A stretch of DNA of 64,000 nucleotides from Candidatus Woesearchaeota archaeon (GCA_016784165.1 JADHVD010000003.1:6867-70866); one strand, 5' to 3'. Shown: positions 47,256 through 55,441, counted from the first letter of the stretch. Numbers and translations: made by a program. The notes: generated from the sequence alone by a model not told the origin.

Positions 47256-48524
47256 TTATGAATTATAAATTCTTAATTGATTTCTTCCATTTGTTTTTGC
47301 TTTATATAGTGCTTCATCTGCTCTTTTTATGAAAATATCTGTTAGAAGATTCATTTTTAAGTCTTCATCATTTAATATATCTGTTAAATTTTTATTTATT
47401 TCTTTAGAATAAATTTCTGCTTGGTCTTTTATTGATTCTAATCCATATAAAATTTGCCCATTTTTTAATCCTGTAAATTTGGAATAAATTTCTAATAAAG
47501 GAATTATTTTTAATTTATTTTTAACATATTTATTTATTAATACTTGTCCTGATTTTCCTTTTAAAATTCTTATTTCTGGAACTTCAAAACTTGAAACAAC
47601 ACCTATGCTAGTGTTTATATTAACTTTTTCTTCTTTACCCGTATGTATATTTTTAAAATAAAAATTTGTTTTTGATAAGTTTATCCTATATTGATCTAAT
47701 TTATTAATTATTCCTTTATAAAATTTTGATGAATTGTCAAAGTTTGCAAAAGAAATAAGAAATTCTTCCCCTCCAAATCTACCATGCAAGTCCCGACTTC
47801 TAAAACTATTTTTACTTAATTCTGTTGTTTTTCTTAATACTTCATCTCCATTCAAGTGTCCATAATTGTCATTTATTCTTTTGAAGTGATCCAAATCATA
47901 CATTGTAAGAACTATTTCAGGAGTATTAGTTGCACGAAAATTTAATAAAGTTTCTAATTCATTTTTCAGTTTTTCTTTGAATGTTTTCTTCCTAAATAAT
48001 CCTGTTAATTCATCTATTCCTAAAAAATTATCATGATATTGGATTAATTTTCCAAAAGCAGGAATTATTTCTTCAATTTTTATTTTATCCACTTCAGTAA
48101 ATCCATTTTTTTTATTTAATAATTGTATCGCCCCAATTATATCTCCATTTGCTTTTATCGGGATTGTTAACATATTTTTTGTTTTATAACCAGTTTGGCT
48201 ATCAAATAATCCTAAATGATAGGGGTTTTTTTTAACTTCATTGCACAAATCAGTTTTTCCTTCTGTTATTACTTTTCCAACTATTCCTTGATTAATAGAT
48301 AATCTTTTTCCAACTAAACCCTCTTCCCCACCAATAACATCCTTAAAAATTAATTCATTACCTTCTTTTATAAATAAAGAAGCAGCATCTGCACCAGTCA
48401 TATCTTTACATTTTAAATTCATATATTTAATCAAATTCCTAATATCTGTATCAAGATAATCAAATAATTCCATTAATGTGGTTTTGGTATGATTTTCTAA
48501 ATTTAATTTATCCTCTATATTCAT
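47256..48524 (-). CDS. GAF-domain plus GGDEF-domain protein (predicted diguanylate cyclase) with a large insertion in the GGDEF domain
   Basis: The motifs are DELTGLFRKKTF, MYDLDHFKRINDNYGHLNGDEVL, the I-site RSRD, the active site RFGGEEF (47760-47774), TSIGVV and RADEALYKAKTNGRNQ. A TATA-like CTTTAAATAG lies about 26 nt upstream of the ATG. Confidence 0.85.
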   Translation of the reverse strand: MNIEDKLNLENHTKTTLMELFDYLDTDIRNLIKYMNLKCKDMTGADAASLFIKEGNELIFKDVIGGEEGLVGKRLSINQGIVGKVITEGKTDLCNEVKKNPYHLGLFDSQTGYKTKNMLTIPIKANGDIIGAIQLLNKKNGFTEVDKIKIEEIIPAFGKLIQYHDNFLGIDELTGLFRKKTFKEKLKNELETLLNFRATNTPEIVLTMYDLDHFKRINDNYGHLNGDEVLRKTTELSKNSFRSRDLHGRFGGEEFLISFANFDNSSKFYKGIINKLDQYRINLSKTNFYFKNIHTGKEEKVNINTSIGVVSSFEVPEIRILKGKSGQVLINKYVKNKLKIIPLLEIYSKFTGLKNGQILYGLESIKDQAEIYSKEINKNLTDILNDEDLKMNLLTDIFIKRADEALYKAKTNGRNQLRIYNS

Positions 48525-48862
48525 GTCGTTTCAGGATAAAATCACCCTATTTAAAGATTGTTGTTTTTTAAGTATTAAACATGCCGTATCTGGATTTGGC
48601 CCAATGCGTTCTCAAGTTAGAATTATGACAGGACTTGGCGGTTATGAACCTTGGAGAGACGAGTATGATTGTGGGCCTAGATGGAATATCAAAGGGTATA
48701 ATTCTTCAACAAAACGTTGATTTGGTGAGAAGTGTAAAATGCATAATAATAAAAATTGTCTTAAAGGGGCAAAACACAAGTTCATTAACAATAAAAGAAT
48801 AGTGAAATACGCAAGAAATTATATGATTGCTTGGACAAAGCTATTAAAGATATTGAATATTA

Positions 48863-48912
48863 GATTAAATTAATATTTTGGATAAAATAGTTTTTAGTTA
48901 TCCTACACAGCA
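48863..48912. repeat. Right copy of the 50-bp direct repeat flanking the GGDEF cassette
   Basis: The sequence is GATTAAATTAATATTTTGGATAAAATAGTTTTTAGTTATCCTACACAGCA. Confidence 0.95.
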
Positions 48913-49097
48913 CTTAATAAGGATATTTAATAGAAAAATACCCTTATTTAATTTAAATGATTAAAAAAATAAAAAATAAAAGTGAAAGGATCTGGCGGAC
49001 ATAAATCAAATCCTTCTTTTAGTTCATAAGCCAAATACTACATTAGAGAATATTTGCACCCGATAGTTTTTTATACCTCTTTTATTTTTCTTATCTT

Positions 49098-49346
49098 ATG
49101 AATTATGACCTCGAACTAGAAAAAGTGATAACTAAAATAAAAAAAGAAAAAGCTAAATTGGTGTGTATTCAACTTCCAGATGGATTAAAACCAAACGCAA
49201 AAGAGATAACAGACCTAATTCATAAAAAAACAAATGCACAAGCAGTGCTTTGGGCAGGATCATGTTTTGGAGCATGTGATACTCCAAATATAAAACATCT
49301 TGACTTTGACATGTTAATTCAGTTTGGTCACAGCGAATGGAGATAA
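49098..49346 (+). pseudogene. dph2: Truncated N-terminal fragment (82 aa) of the diphthamide synthesis radical-SAM enzyme Dph2
   Basis: The fragment AKLVCIQLPDGLKPNAKEI...CFGACDTPNIKHLDFDMLIQFGHS follows the N-terminal pattern of archaeal Dph2. It then stops, whereas the full-length enzyme is more than 300 aa from memory. Confidence 0.65.
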
Positions 49347-49364
49347 TCCAAAAACAAAAACCAT

Positions 49365-50030
49365 ATGAAAAACTCAATAAAAAAAGAGATATCAAAAAGA
49401 TTCAACTCATCTAAAAAAAGAATCAAATACGAATTTCATAAATGGAAAAATCAATTAATTATTGCAGATAAAGCGCTTTATATCATCATAGTTCTTTTAC
49501 TCGGATTACTTCGTCCAGATATTGTAATGATTGTTGTGTATTTTTCATTATATCCTTATCTTTTTTTAACCAAACGAAAAAAAGCAATCAACCACCTTTT
49601 AATCGCTTCCCTAGTGTCATTAGTATGGATGCTAATTGCAAATTCGCAATATGGATATAATCAAGAGATGTTATTAATTTTTGGTTTAAACTCTTATCCC
49701 CTTTTTACTTGGGCAGTAGGATTATTTGCAGCATACTTAATTTATTCTCACTGGGAATACCTCATAAAAAAACACAGTTTAATCAAAAAAATGATTCTTT
49801 TTGTGATTTTTTATTGGTTTTTATTAATTACAGTTGAAACAACAGCATACTACGGATTTGACATAAAAAATTTAGTAACAGCAAATTATGCCGGATTACC
49901 TTTTTGTAATTGTATTCATGCACCGATATGGATGCAGATTTCTTATCTTATGTTGGGTCCAATTTACTTTGGTATTTGTGAACTATTAGGTTTAGAAAAT
50001 CCACATTACACAAAAAAGAATCAAAAATAA
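49365..50030 (+). CDS. Membrane protein of unknown function
   Basis: The 221 aa contain about 6 hydrophobic helices. Confidence 0.5.
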   Translation: MKNSIKKEISKRFNSSKKRIKYEFHKWKNQLIIADKALYIIIVLLLGLLRPDIVMIVVYFSLYPYLFLTKRKKAINHLLIASLVSLVWMLIANSQYGYNQEMLLIFGLNSYPLFTWAVGLFAAYLIYSHWEYLIKKHSLIKKMILFVIFYWFLLITVETTAYYGFDIKNLVTANYAGLPFCNCIHAPIWMQISYLMLGPIYFGICELLGLENPHYTKKNQK

Positions 50031-50085
50031 ATAAAACACCACATTCCCAAAACTTTTATATATTTCAACTAATTAATTCTAAAAC

Positions 50086-50571
50086 ATGTGGAATTATATT
50101 TTAGCACCAATAATAGCTTTTCTTGGATTTCCTATAGGGATTTTTTTCTCTTTCACAAATCCAGAAGAGATGAAACCAGGAAAAAAATACTTCCATCTAC
50201 TCCAAAATATACTCCTAACATTAATCATTTTCTTAGTGCTTGAATTTTATCAACTACCTTTAGTTTTCTCTATAATTATTACAGCAGTAATTTTTATTTT
50301 ATTATTCTACTGGAAAAACAAACACAAGAGCATAATAACTTATTTTACACTTGCAATCTTATTAGCACTATCATCTAAAAACCCTCACCTATTTGCAATA
50401 CAAACATCCTTAATAGCTTTATATGGACTTCCAACAGGTTCTTTAGAATCACCTAAAAAAGGAAAACAACAACAAAGAAAAAAAGAAGCCCTTAAAATAA
50501 TAGCAAAACATTTAGGATTTATAGCTCTTTCAATAATACTTCTGTTATTTTTTACTATTTTAAAATTTTAA
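50086..50571 (+). CDS. Membrane protein of unknown function
   Basis: The 161 aa contain about 5 hydrophobic helices. Confidence 0.5.
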   Translation: MWNYILAPIIAFLGFPIGIFFSFTNPEEMKPGKKYFHLLQNILLTLIIFLVLEFYQLPLVFSIIITAVIFILLFYWKNKHKSIITYFTLAILLALSSKNPHLFAIQTSLIALYGLPTGSLESPKKGKQQQRKKEALKIIAKHLGFIALSIILLLFFTILKF

Positions 50572-50993
50572 ATAGAAAAAACTAATATAGCAATAATCAC
50601 ACCAAGAATTGCTCCAACAATTACTTCTATGAGTTTATGACCTGTAACTTCTTTCAATTTATTTTTAACAAACTTATTTTTAGCAAATTTATTAATTACT
50701 TTAGAATTCTCACCTATCTGCCACCTAGCACCAAAAGCATCTCTCATAATCACAAGTGAAAACACAGCACTCACAACAAATAAAGCAGAAACTCCCTGTT
50801 CTAAAAACACTCCAGCACTTAAAGCACTAACAAAACTAGAATGAGAACTGGGCATATGGCCCATTAAGAAAAAAGACTTAACATCAAATTTTCTCTTTTT
50901 TACACAAACCAAAATTCCTTTGAGCAATTGGACAAAAAACCAACCAAAAACACAACTCAACACGATTTTGTTTTGTATTAGTTCTAAAAACAT
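50568..50993 (-). CDS. Divergent PAP2-like membrane phosphatase family protein (DUF212 type)
   Basis: The motifs are HMPSSHSSFVSALSAGV, MRDAFGARWQIGE and GHKLIEVIVGAILG. Confidence 0.7.
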   Translation of the reverse strand: MFLELIQNKIVLSCVFGWFFVQLLKGILVCVKKRKFDVKSFFLMGHMPSSHSSFVSALSAGVFLEQGVSALFVVSAVFSLVIMRDAFGARWQIGENSKVINKFAKNKFVKNKLKEVTGHKLIEVIVGAILGVIIAILVFSI

Positions 50994-51084
50994 GAACTCT
51001 AAAAAATATTAGCAATATATAAATCTTTTCTAAACACCAATTTAAACCCAAACTTTTTTATTAACTAAACATAATCACATTAGT

Positions 51085-52572
51085 ATGAACTACACAATTA
51101 TTGATTGTTACACTGATGAACCTTCAGGATTGGGGGTCCCACCATATTTGGGAACATTTCCAAGATATATTTATGGTGCATTGACAGATGTGGGCAATAA
51201 CCCTATTTACTTGACAATAGATGATATTAGATTATGGAAAAAATATAATTCAATACCTTCAGATAAATCAAAAGAGATAAAAACAAATAAAAAAATATAT
51301 AACCTTACAAAAAACTATGAAAATGTTGAAGAAATTCTAAAAAAAACAACACACCTCATAATTATAGCAGGAATTAATGTTCCTGGAAAATACTTGAGCG
51401 CAGTTCCAGGTAGGTTATCGGAGGTTACAGATTACATAAAAGATCTTAGATGTTATAAAATTCTTACAGGACCAGCAGCGCTTTTAGGTTCAATTCAAGA
51501 AGGTGGGAAAAAACCAGAAAAATACAACACAAAATCATTCGATCTAATCGATTTTAATTACCTTAATACCAATTACTATGATGAAATAAAAGCACAACAA
51601 GGCGCACAACTCATCCAACAAATTCCTTGGCCAGTTATAGCAGAAATAGAGACTGGAAAGGGGTGCGATATTGGAAAATGTTCTTTTTGTACAGAACCAC
51701 TAAAGAGCAAGGTTCAGTTTAGACTTCCAAGAGATATCATTGAGGAATTAAAAGCACTCAAAAAACAAGGAGTAGAACATTTTAGGTTTGGCAAACAGAC
51801 TTGCTTTTTCTCATATCAAAATGGAAACTTAGAGGAGATTGAAAAAATCTTAAAGGCCGCACATGAACTTGGGCCAAAAACCCTTCATATAGATAATGTA
51901 AATCCAAATAAAATAGTCGGAAAAGATGGGGAAAAAATAGTAAAACTCATAGTAAAATACTGCACACCAGGAAACACCACAGCCTTAGGAATAGAATCTT
52001 TTGATAAAGAAGTTATAAAAAAGAACAGTCTTAACACTACTCCCCAGATAGCTTACAAAGCAATAAAACTCATAAATAAACTGGGCGTAAAAAGGGGTAA
52101 AAATGGAATGCCTAAACTACTTCCAGGAATAAATATTCTTTTTGGATTAATTGGGGAAAATAAAAATACTCATCAAGAGAACATGAAATGGCTAAATAAA
52201 ATTTTAGATGAAAATTTACTATTAAGAAGAATAAATATTCGCCAAGTAACTCCCTTTGAGGGCACAAAATTAGATGATTTAGCCGGAACAAAATTTATCA
52301 AAAAGAATAAAAAACATTATTGGAGTTGGAGAAAACAGATAAGAAGGGAGATTGATTATCCTATGCTGAAAAAATTAGTGCCCGAAGGAACAATACTCAA
52401 AGATGTGAGGATGGAGATATATGATGGAAAAACAACATTCGGAAGGCAATTTGGTACTTACCCCCTTGTTATAGGTATAAAAGGAAAAAGACTTAAACTA
52501 AACGAATTTTATGAGGTAAAAGTGGTGGATTATATGCTTAGAAGCATAATTGGGGAGGTAATCCAAAAATGA
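51085..52572 (+). CDS. Radical-SAM-like Fe-S enzyme with a C-terminal TRAM-like domain
   Basis: The Cys cluster is GKGCDIGKCSFCTEP and the C-terminal segment is FYEVKVVDYMLRSIIGEV. The family recall (COG1031-like) is uncertain. Confidence 0.55.
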   Translation: MNYTIIDCYTDEPSGLGVPPYLGTFPRYIYGALTDVGNNPIYLTIDDIRLWKKYNSIPSDKSKEIKTNKKIYNLTKNYENVEEILKKTTHLIIIAGINVPGKYLSAVPGRLSEVTDYIKDLRCYKILTGPAALLGSIQEGGKKPEKYNTKSFDLIDFNYLNTNYYDEIKAQQGAQLIQQIPWPVIAEIETGKGCDIGKCSFCTEPLKSKVQFRLPRDIIEELKALKKQGVEHFRFGKQTCFFSYQNGNLEEIEKILKAAHELGPKTLHIDNVNPNKIVGKDGEKIVKLIVKYCTPGNTTALGIESFDKEVIKKNSLNTTPQIAYKAIKLINKLGVKRGKNGMPKLLPGINILFGLIGENKNTHQENMKWLNKILDENLLLRRINIRQVTPFEGTKLDDLAGTKFIKKNKKHYWSWRKQIRREIDYPMLKKLVPEGTILKDVRMEIYDGKTTFGRQFGTYPLVIGIKGKRLKLNEFYEVKVVDYMLRSIIGEVIQK

Positions 52573-52910
52573 TAGAAAAAACACTAAATCAAAAGATAGA
52601 ATTAAAAGAAAAGAATCTAAAATTAGAAACAGAATTAGGAAATGCTGCATATTTTATAAAAAAAGGTTCAGCAAACACCGTAATGGAAGATATAACTTTA
52701 AAAAACAAAAATTCCAACACTTTAAATTATGTATTGCAACAGCTAGAGAAAGAATGTTATAAACAAGGAGCACACGAACTTGTTTTAGATATGGATTTAA
52801 ATAATGAGTTTTTTGGGTTATTTCAAGATGTCATTAAATGGAGGAATTATAGCCATATACCTGGAATACCTTTGACAACCACAATAACATATTATAAAAA
52901 TATTGGATAA
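52569..52910 (+). CDS. Hypothetical protein, translationally coupled to the radical-SAM gene
   Basis: It overlaps the upstream gene by 4 nt (ATGA). No motif is recognised. Confidence 0.45.
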   Translation: MIEKTLNQKIELKEKNLKLETELGNAAYFIKKGSANTVMEDITLKNKNSNTLNYVLQQLEKECYKQGAHELVLDMDLNNEFFGLFQDVIKWRNYSHIPGIPLTTTITYYKNIG

Positions 52911-53016
52911 CAACGAAAGTTATTTAAATAAAACTTTAGTTTTTTATCCACATTATACTAAAAATTTCTTTTTAGTATATATTAAAGATTTTTTTGTTTT
53001 ATTTGAATCTTTTTAT

Positions 53017-53088
<72 letters not shown>

Positions 53089-53096
53089 CTTTTTTT

Positions 53097-53170
53097 GGGC
53101 CCGTAGCTTAGCCTGGTAGAGTGCTCGACTGATAATCGAGTGGTCCCGAGTTCAAATCTCGGCGGGCCCA
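53097..53170 (+). tRNA. tRNA-Ile (anticodon GAU); no encoded CCA
   Basis: The acceptor stem is GGGCCCG/CGGGCCC, the anticodon stem CTCGA/TCGAG with loop CTGATAA, and the T arm CCGAG-TTCAAAT-CTCGG. Confidence 0.9.
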
Positions 53171-53310
53171 CTTTCATAATTAACTCACATAAATATTAAT
53201 TAAAGAGATAAATCAAAGGAATTACAAAGTGATTAAATCAACAGAGTTGATTTACCTCGCTTCTGGGGGGCTACGACCCAAAACGTAGGTTCCAAATCTC
53301 GGCGGGCCCA
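53171..53310 (+). mobile_element. tRNA-Ile-linked mini-unit 1 (140 bp): a 48-bp conserved left end, a hairpin, a small stem-loop, then a 31-bp right end copying the tRNA-Ile 3-prime end
   Basis: The left end at 53171-53218 is identical to 53311-53358. The hairpin TAAATCAAC-AGA-GTTGATTTA is at 53234-53254. The right end AAAACGTAGGTTCCAAATCTCGGCGGGCCCA is at 53280-53310. Confidence 0.5.
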
Positions 53311-53461
53311 CTTTCATAATTAACTCACATAAATATTAATTAAAGAGATAAATCAAAGAGATAATTATGGGATGAGATATAACAAACGAAGTGAGTTATT
53401 ATCTCATACTAATTTCCGGAGCTACTACGGAAAACGTAGGTTCCAAATCTCGGCGGGCCCA
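53311..53461 (+). mobile_element. tRNA-Ile-linked mini-unit 2 (151 bp) with the same architecture and a different central hairpin
   Basis: The left end is at 53311-53358. The central hairpin is ATGAGATATAAC...GTTATTATCTCAT. The right end at 53431-53461 is identical to 53280-53310. Confidence 0.5.
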
Positions 53462-53496
53462 TATTTCCACTCAACCACCAAATTAATTTTTATAAA

Positions 53497-53826
53497 ATGA
53501 ATTACGAAATAGATAAACAAAATTATAGAATCCTAATTTCAGGTTCTACAAAAGAAATTAAAAAATGCATAATTTCTTTAGATCAGATAATCACTAAAGG
53601 TAATTGTTTACCTCAACTAGAAGAAGATTTAAAGAATTTACACAAAATTTACGAACCAACACAATTTAATTTTAACCGAATCGAAAGAATATATTACACA
53701 AAAAATTCATTACTTTTTGTGCCAAATGTTTCTGCAAAAGAATTTTATTTTCCAATTCTTGAAAAACATTTCGAACAAGCAAAAAAATACCTCACAAAAC
53801 AATCTTCACTGGACATTTTCACATAA
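53497..53826 (+). CDS. Hypothetical protein
   Basis: This is a 109-aa ORF with no recognised motif and no Walker A. Confidence 0.4.
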   Translation: MNYEIDKQNYRILISGSTKEIKKCIISLDQIITKGNCLPQLEEDLKNLHKIYEPTQFNFNRIERIYYTKNSLLFVPNVSAKEFYFPILEKHFEQAKKYLTKQSSLDIFT

Positions 53827-53858
53827 AACTTATAAACTTTTCAACCAATTAATTCTAT

Positions 53859-55418
53859 ATGGCTTCAGCTAGTGAAAATAATACAGAAGCAGCTATTACT
53901 CTAGCGCTCGAAACAATAAATATACAAAAACAGGCAATAGTTTTTGCAAATACCAGACTTTCTGCAGAAAAAACAGCAGAAGAGATGGCTAAAAAAATAA
54001 AACAATCAGACCAAGAAAATTTAGCAGAATTAGAATATGAAGTTCTTCACGCCCTAAGCACCTCGACAAAACAATGCAAAAGACTAGCTTTCTGTATAAA
54101 AAAAGGAATCGCGTTCCATCACGCAGGGTTAGCACCAGCCCAAAGAAGTTTAATAGAAGATTCATTCAGAAAAGGAGATATTAAAGTGATTTGTTGTACG
54201 CCGACTTTGGCATATGGTCTTGACCTTCCAGCATTTAGAGTAGTCATAAGAGACCTTAAAAGGTTCACTTACAGAGGTATGCAATATATCCCAGTTCTAG
54301 AATATCTCCAAATGAGTGGAAGGGCAGGCCGTCCAAAATATGATAATTATGGAGAATCCATAGCAATTGCAAACACAGAAAAAATAAGAGATGAAATTAG
54401 GAAAACATACATCAAAGGAAAACCAGAAACAATTTATTCTAAATTAGCTGCAGAACCAGTACTTAGAACTTATATTCTTTCATTAATAGCATCAGAATTT
54501 GTTGGAACAAAAGACCAATTATTTAATTTTTTCAGCAAAACTTTTTGGGCCCATCACTACCAAGATATGTGGCAACTTCAGAAGATAATAGATAAAATGA
54601 TGGACCTCTTAGAAGAATGGGAATTCATAAAAACAGATAAGAAAGATTTTATGTCTGCCGACGAAGATTATAAAATAAACACAACAAAACTCGGAAAAAG
54701 AGTGGCCGAACTCTATATAGACCCTTTAACAGCAAACTTTTTCATAACTTGTTTGAGAAACGCAAGCTCAAAAAAACCAGAAGATTTTTCTTATTTCCAA
54801 ATGATAAGTAATACATTAGAACTTAGACCTTTGTTAAGAGTAAAACGAAAAGATGTTGATTTTGTAGAATCAGTTTTACTAAGACACGAAGATGCCCTTT
54901 TAGAAGACACAGATGTTTATGAATCAGAATATAATGATGAATATAGCACTTTCATGGCCTCAATAAAAACCGCCCTATTTTTTAAAGATTGGGTAAATGA
55001 AAAAGATGAAGAGTTTCTCTTAGAAAAATTTGATATTAAGCCAGGAGAAATAGCTTCAAAATTAGAAAGAGGAAACTGGCTATTATACACAGCAACAGAG
55101 TTATCAAAACTTCTTGGTTTTAAAGGGCTAATCACAGATTTAATCAATCTGAGATTAAGATTGAAATATGGTGCAAAAGGAGAACTTCTTCCACTATTAA
55201 AATTCAAAAACATAGGAAGGGTTAGAGCAAGAAAACTATTCAATAATACTATCAAGGATGTTTCAGGAGTAAAAAAAGCAGATTTCATGAAACTATCTCA
55301 ACTTTTAGGCAATAACACAGCAGTAAATATAAAAAAACAAGTAGGACAAGATTTTACAAAATTAAAAGTCAAAAAAGGAAGAAGAAAAGGCCAAATGAGC
55401 TTAAAAAAGTACAGTTAA
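53859..55418 (+). CDS. Ski2/Hel308-type helicase C-terminal portion (RecA2, winged-helix, ratchet and HhH domains), lacking the RecA1 half
   Basis: It begins at motif IV (QAIVFANTRLSAEKTAEEMA). Motif V is TPTLAYGLDLPAF and motif VI is QMSGRAGRPKYD. No Walker A or DEAH motif occurs anywhere in the ORF. Confidence 0.7.
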   Translation: MASASENNTEAAITLALETINIQKQAIVFANTRLSAEKTAEEMAKKIKQSDQENLAELEYEVLHALSTSTKQCKRLAFCIKKGIAFHHAGLAPAQRSLIEDSFRKGDIKVICCTPTLAYGLDLPAFRVVIRDLKRFTYRGMQYIPVLEYLQMSGRAGRPKYDNYGESIAIANTEKIRDEIRKTYIKGKPETIYSKLAAEPVLRTYILSLIASEFVGTKDQLFNFFSKTFWAHHYQDMWQLQKIIDKMMDLLEEWEFIKTDKKDFMSADEDYKINTTKLGKRVAELYIDPLTANFFITCLRNASSKKPEDFSYFQMISNTLELRPLLRVKRKDVDFVESVLLRHEDALLEDTDVYESEYNDEYSTFMASIKTALFFKDWVNEKDEEFLLEKFDIKPGEIASKLERGNWLLYTATELSKLLGFKGLITDLINLRLRLKYGAKGELLPLLKFKNIGRVRARKLFNNTIKDVSGVKKADFMKLSQLLGNNTAVNIKKQVGQDFTKLKVKKGRRKGQMSLKKYS

Positions 55419-55441
55419 CATAAACATAATTAACCCGTCAA

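Noticed and set aside
48525-48900. I considered a c-di-GMP riboswitch upstream of the GGDEF gene.
   Set aside because: I could not find the conserved GEMM-type features (tetraloop-receptor arrangement, conserved ACGCA/GGCAAA-like cores). The gene also appears to have a TATA box only about 26 nt from its ATG, which leaves no leader.
53148-53461. I considered whether the repeated tRNA-end plus 48-bp unit is a CRISPR array.
   Set aside because: There are only 2-3 repeats. The repeat is derived from a tRNA 3-prime end and is 71-79 bp long. The spacers share conserved ends and structure. No cas genes are in the window.
53280-53461. I considered whether the tRNA-like 3-prime copies are Nanoarchaeum-style split-tRNA 3-prime halves.
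   Set aside because: The T-stem 5-prime strand is not present (GTAGG instead of CCGAG). There is an extra C in the T-loop and no anticodon-arm remnant. No matching 5-prime half with a complementary leader is visible.
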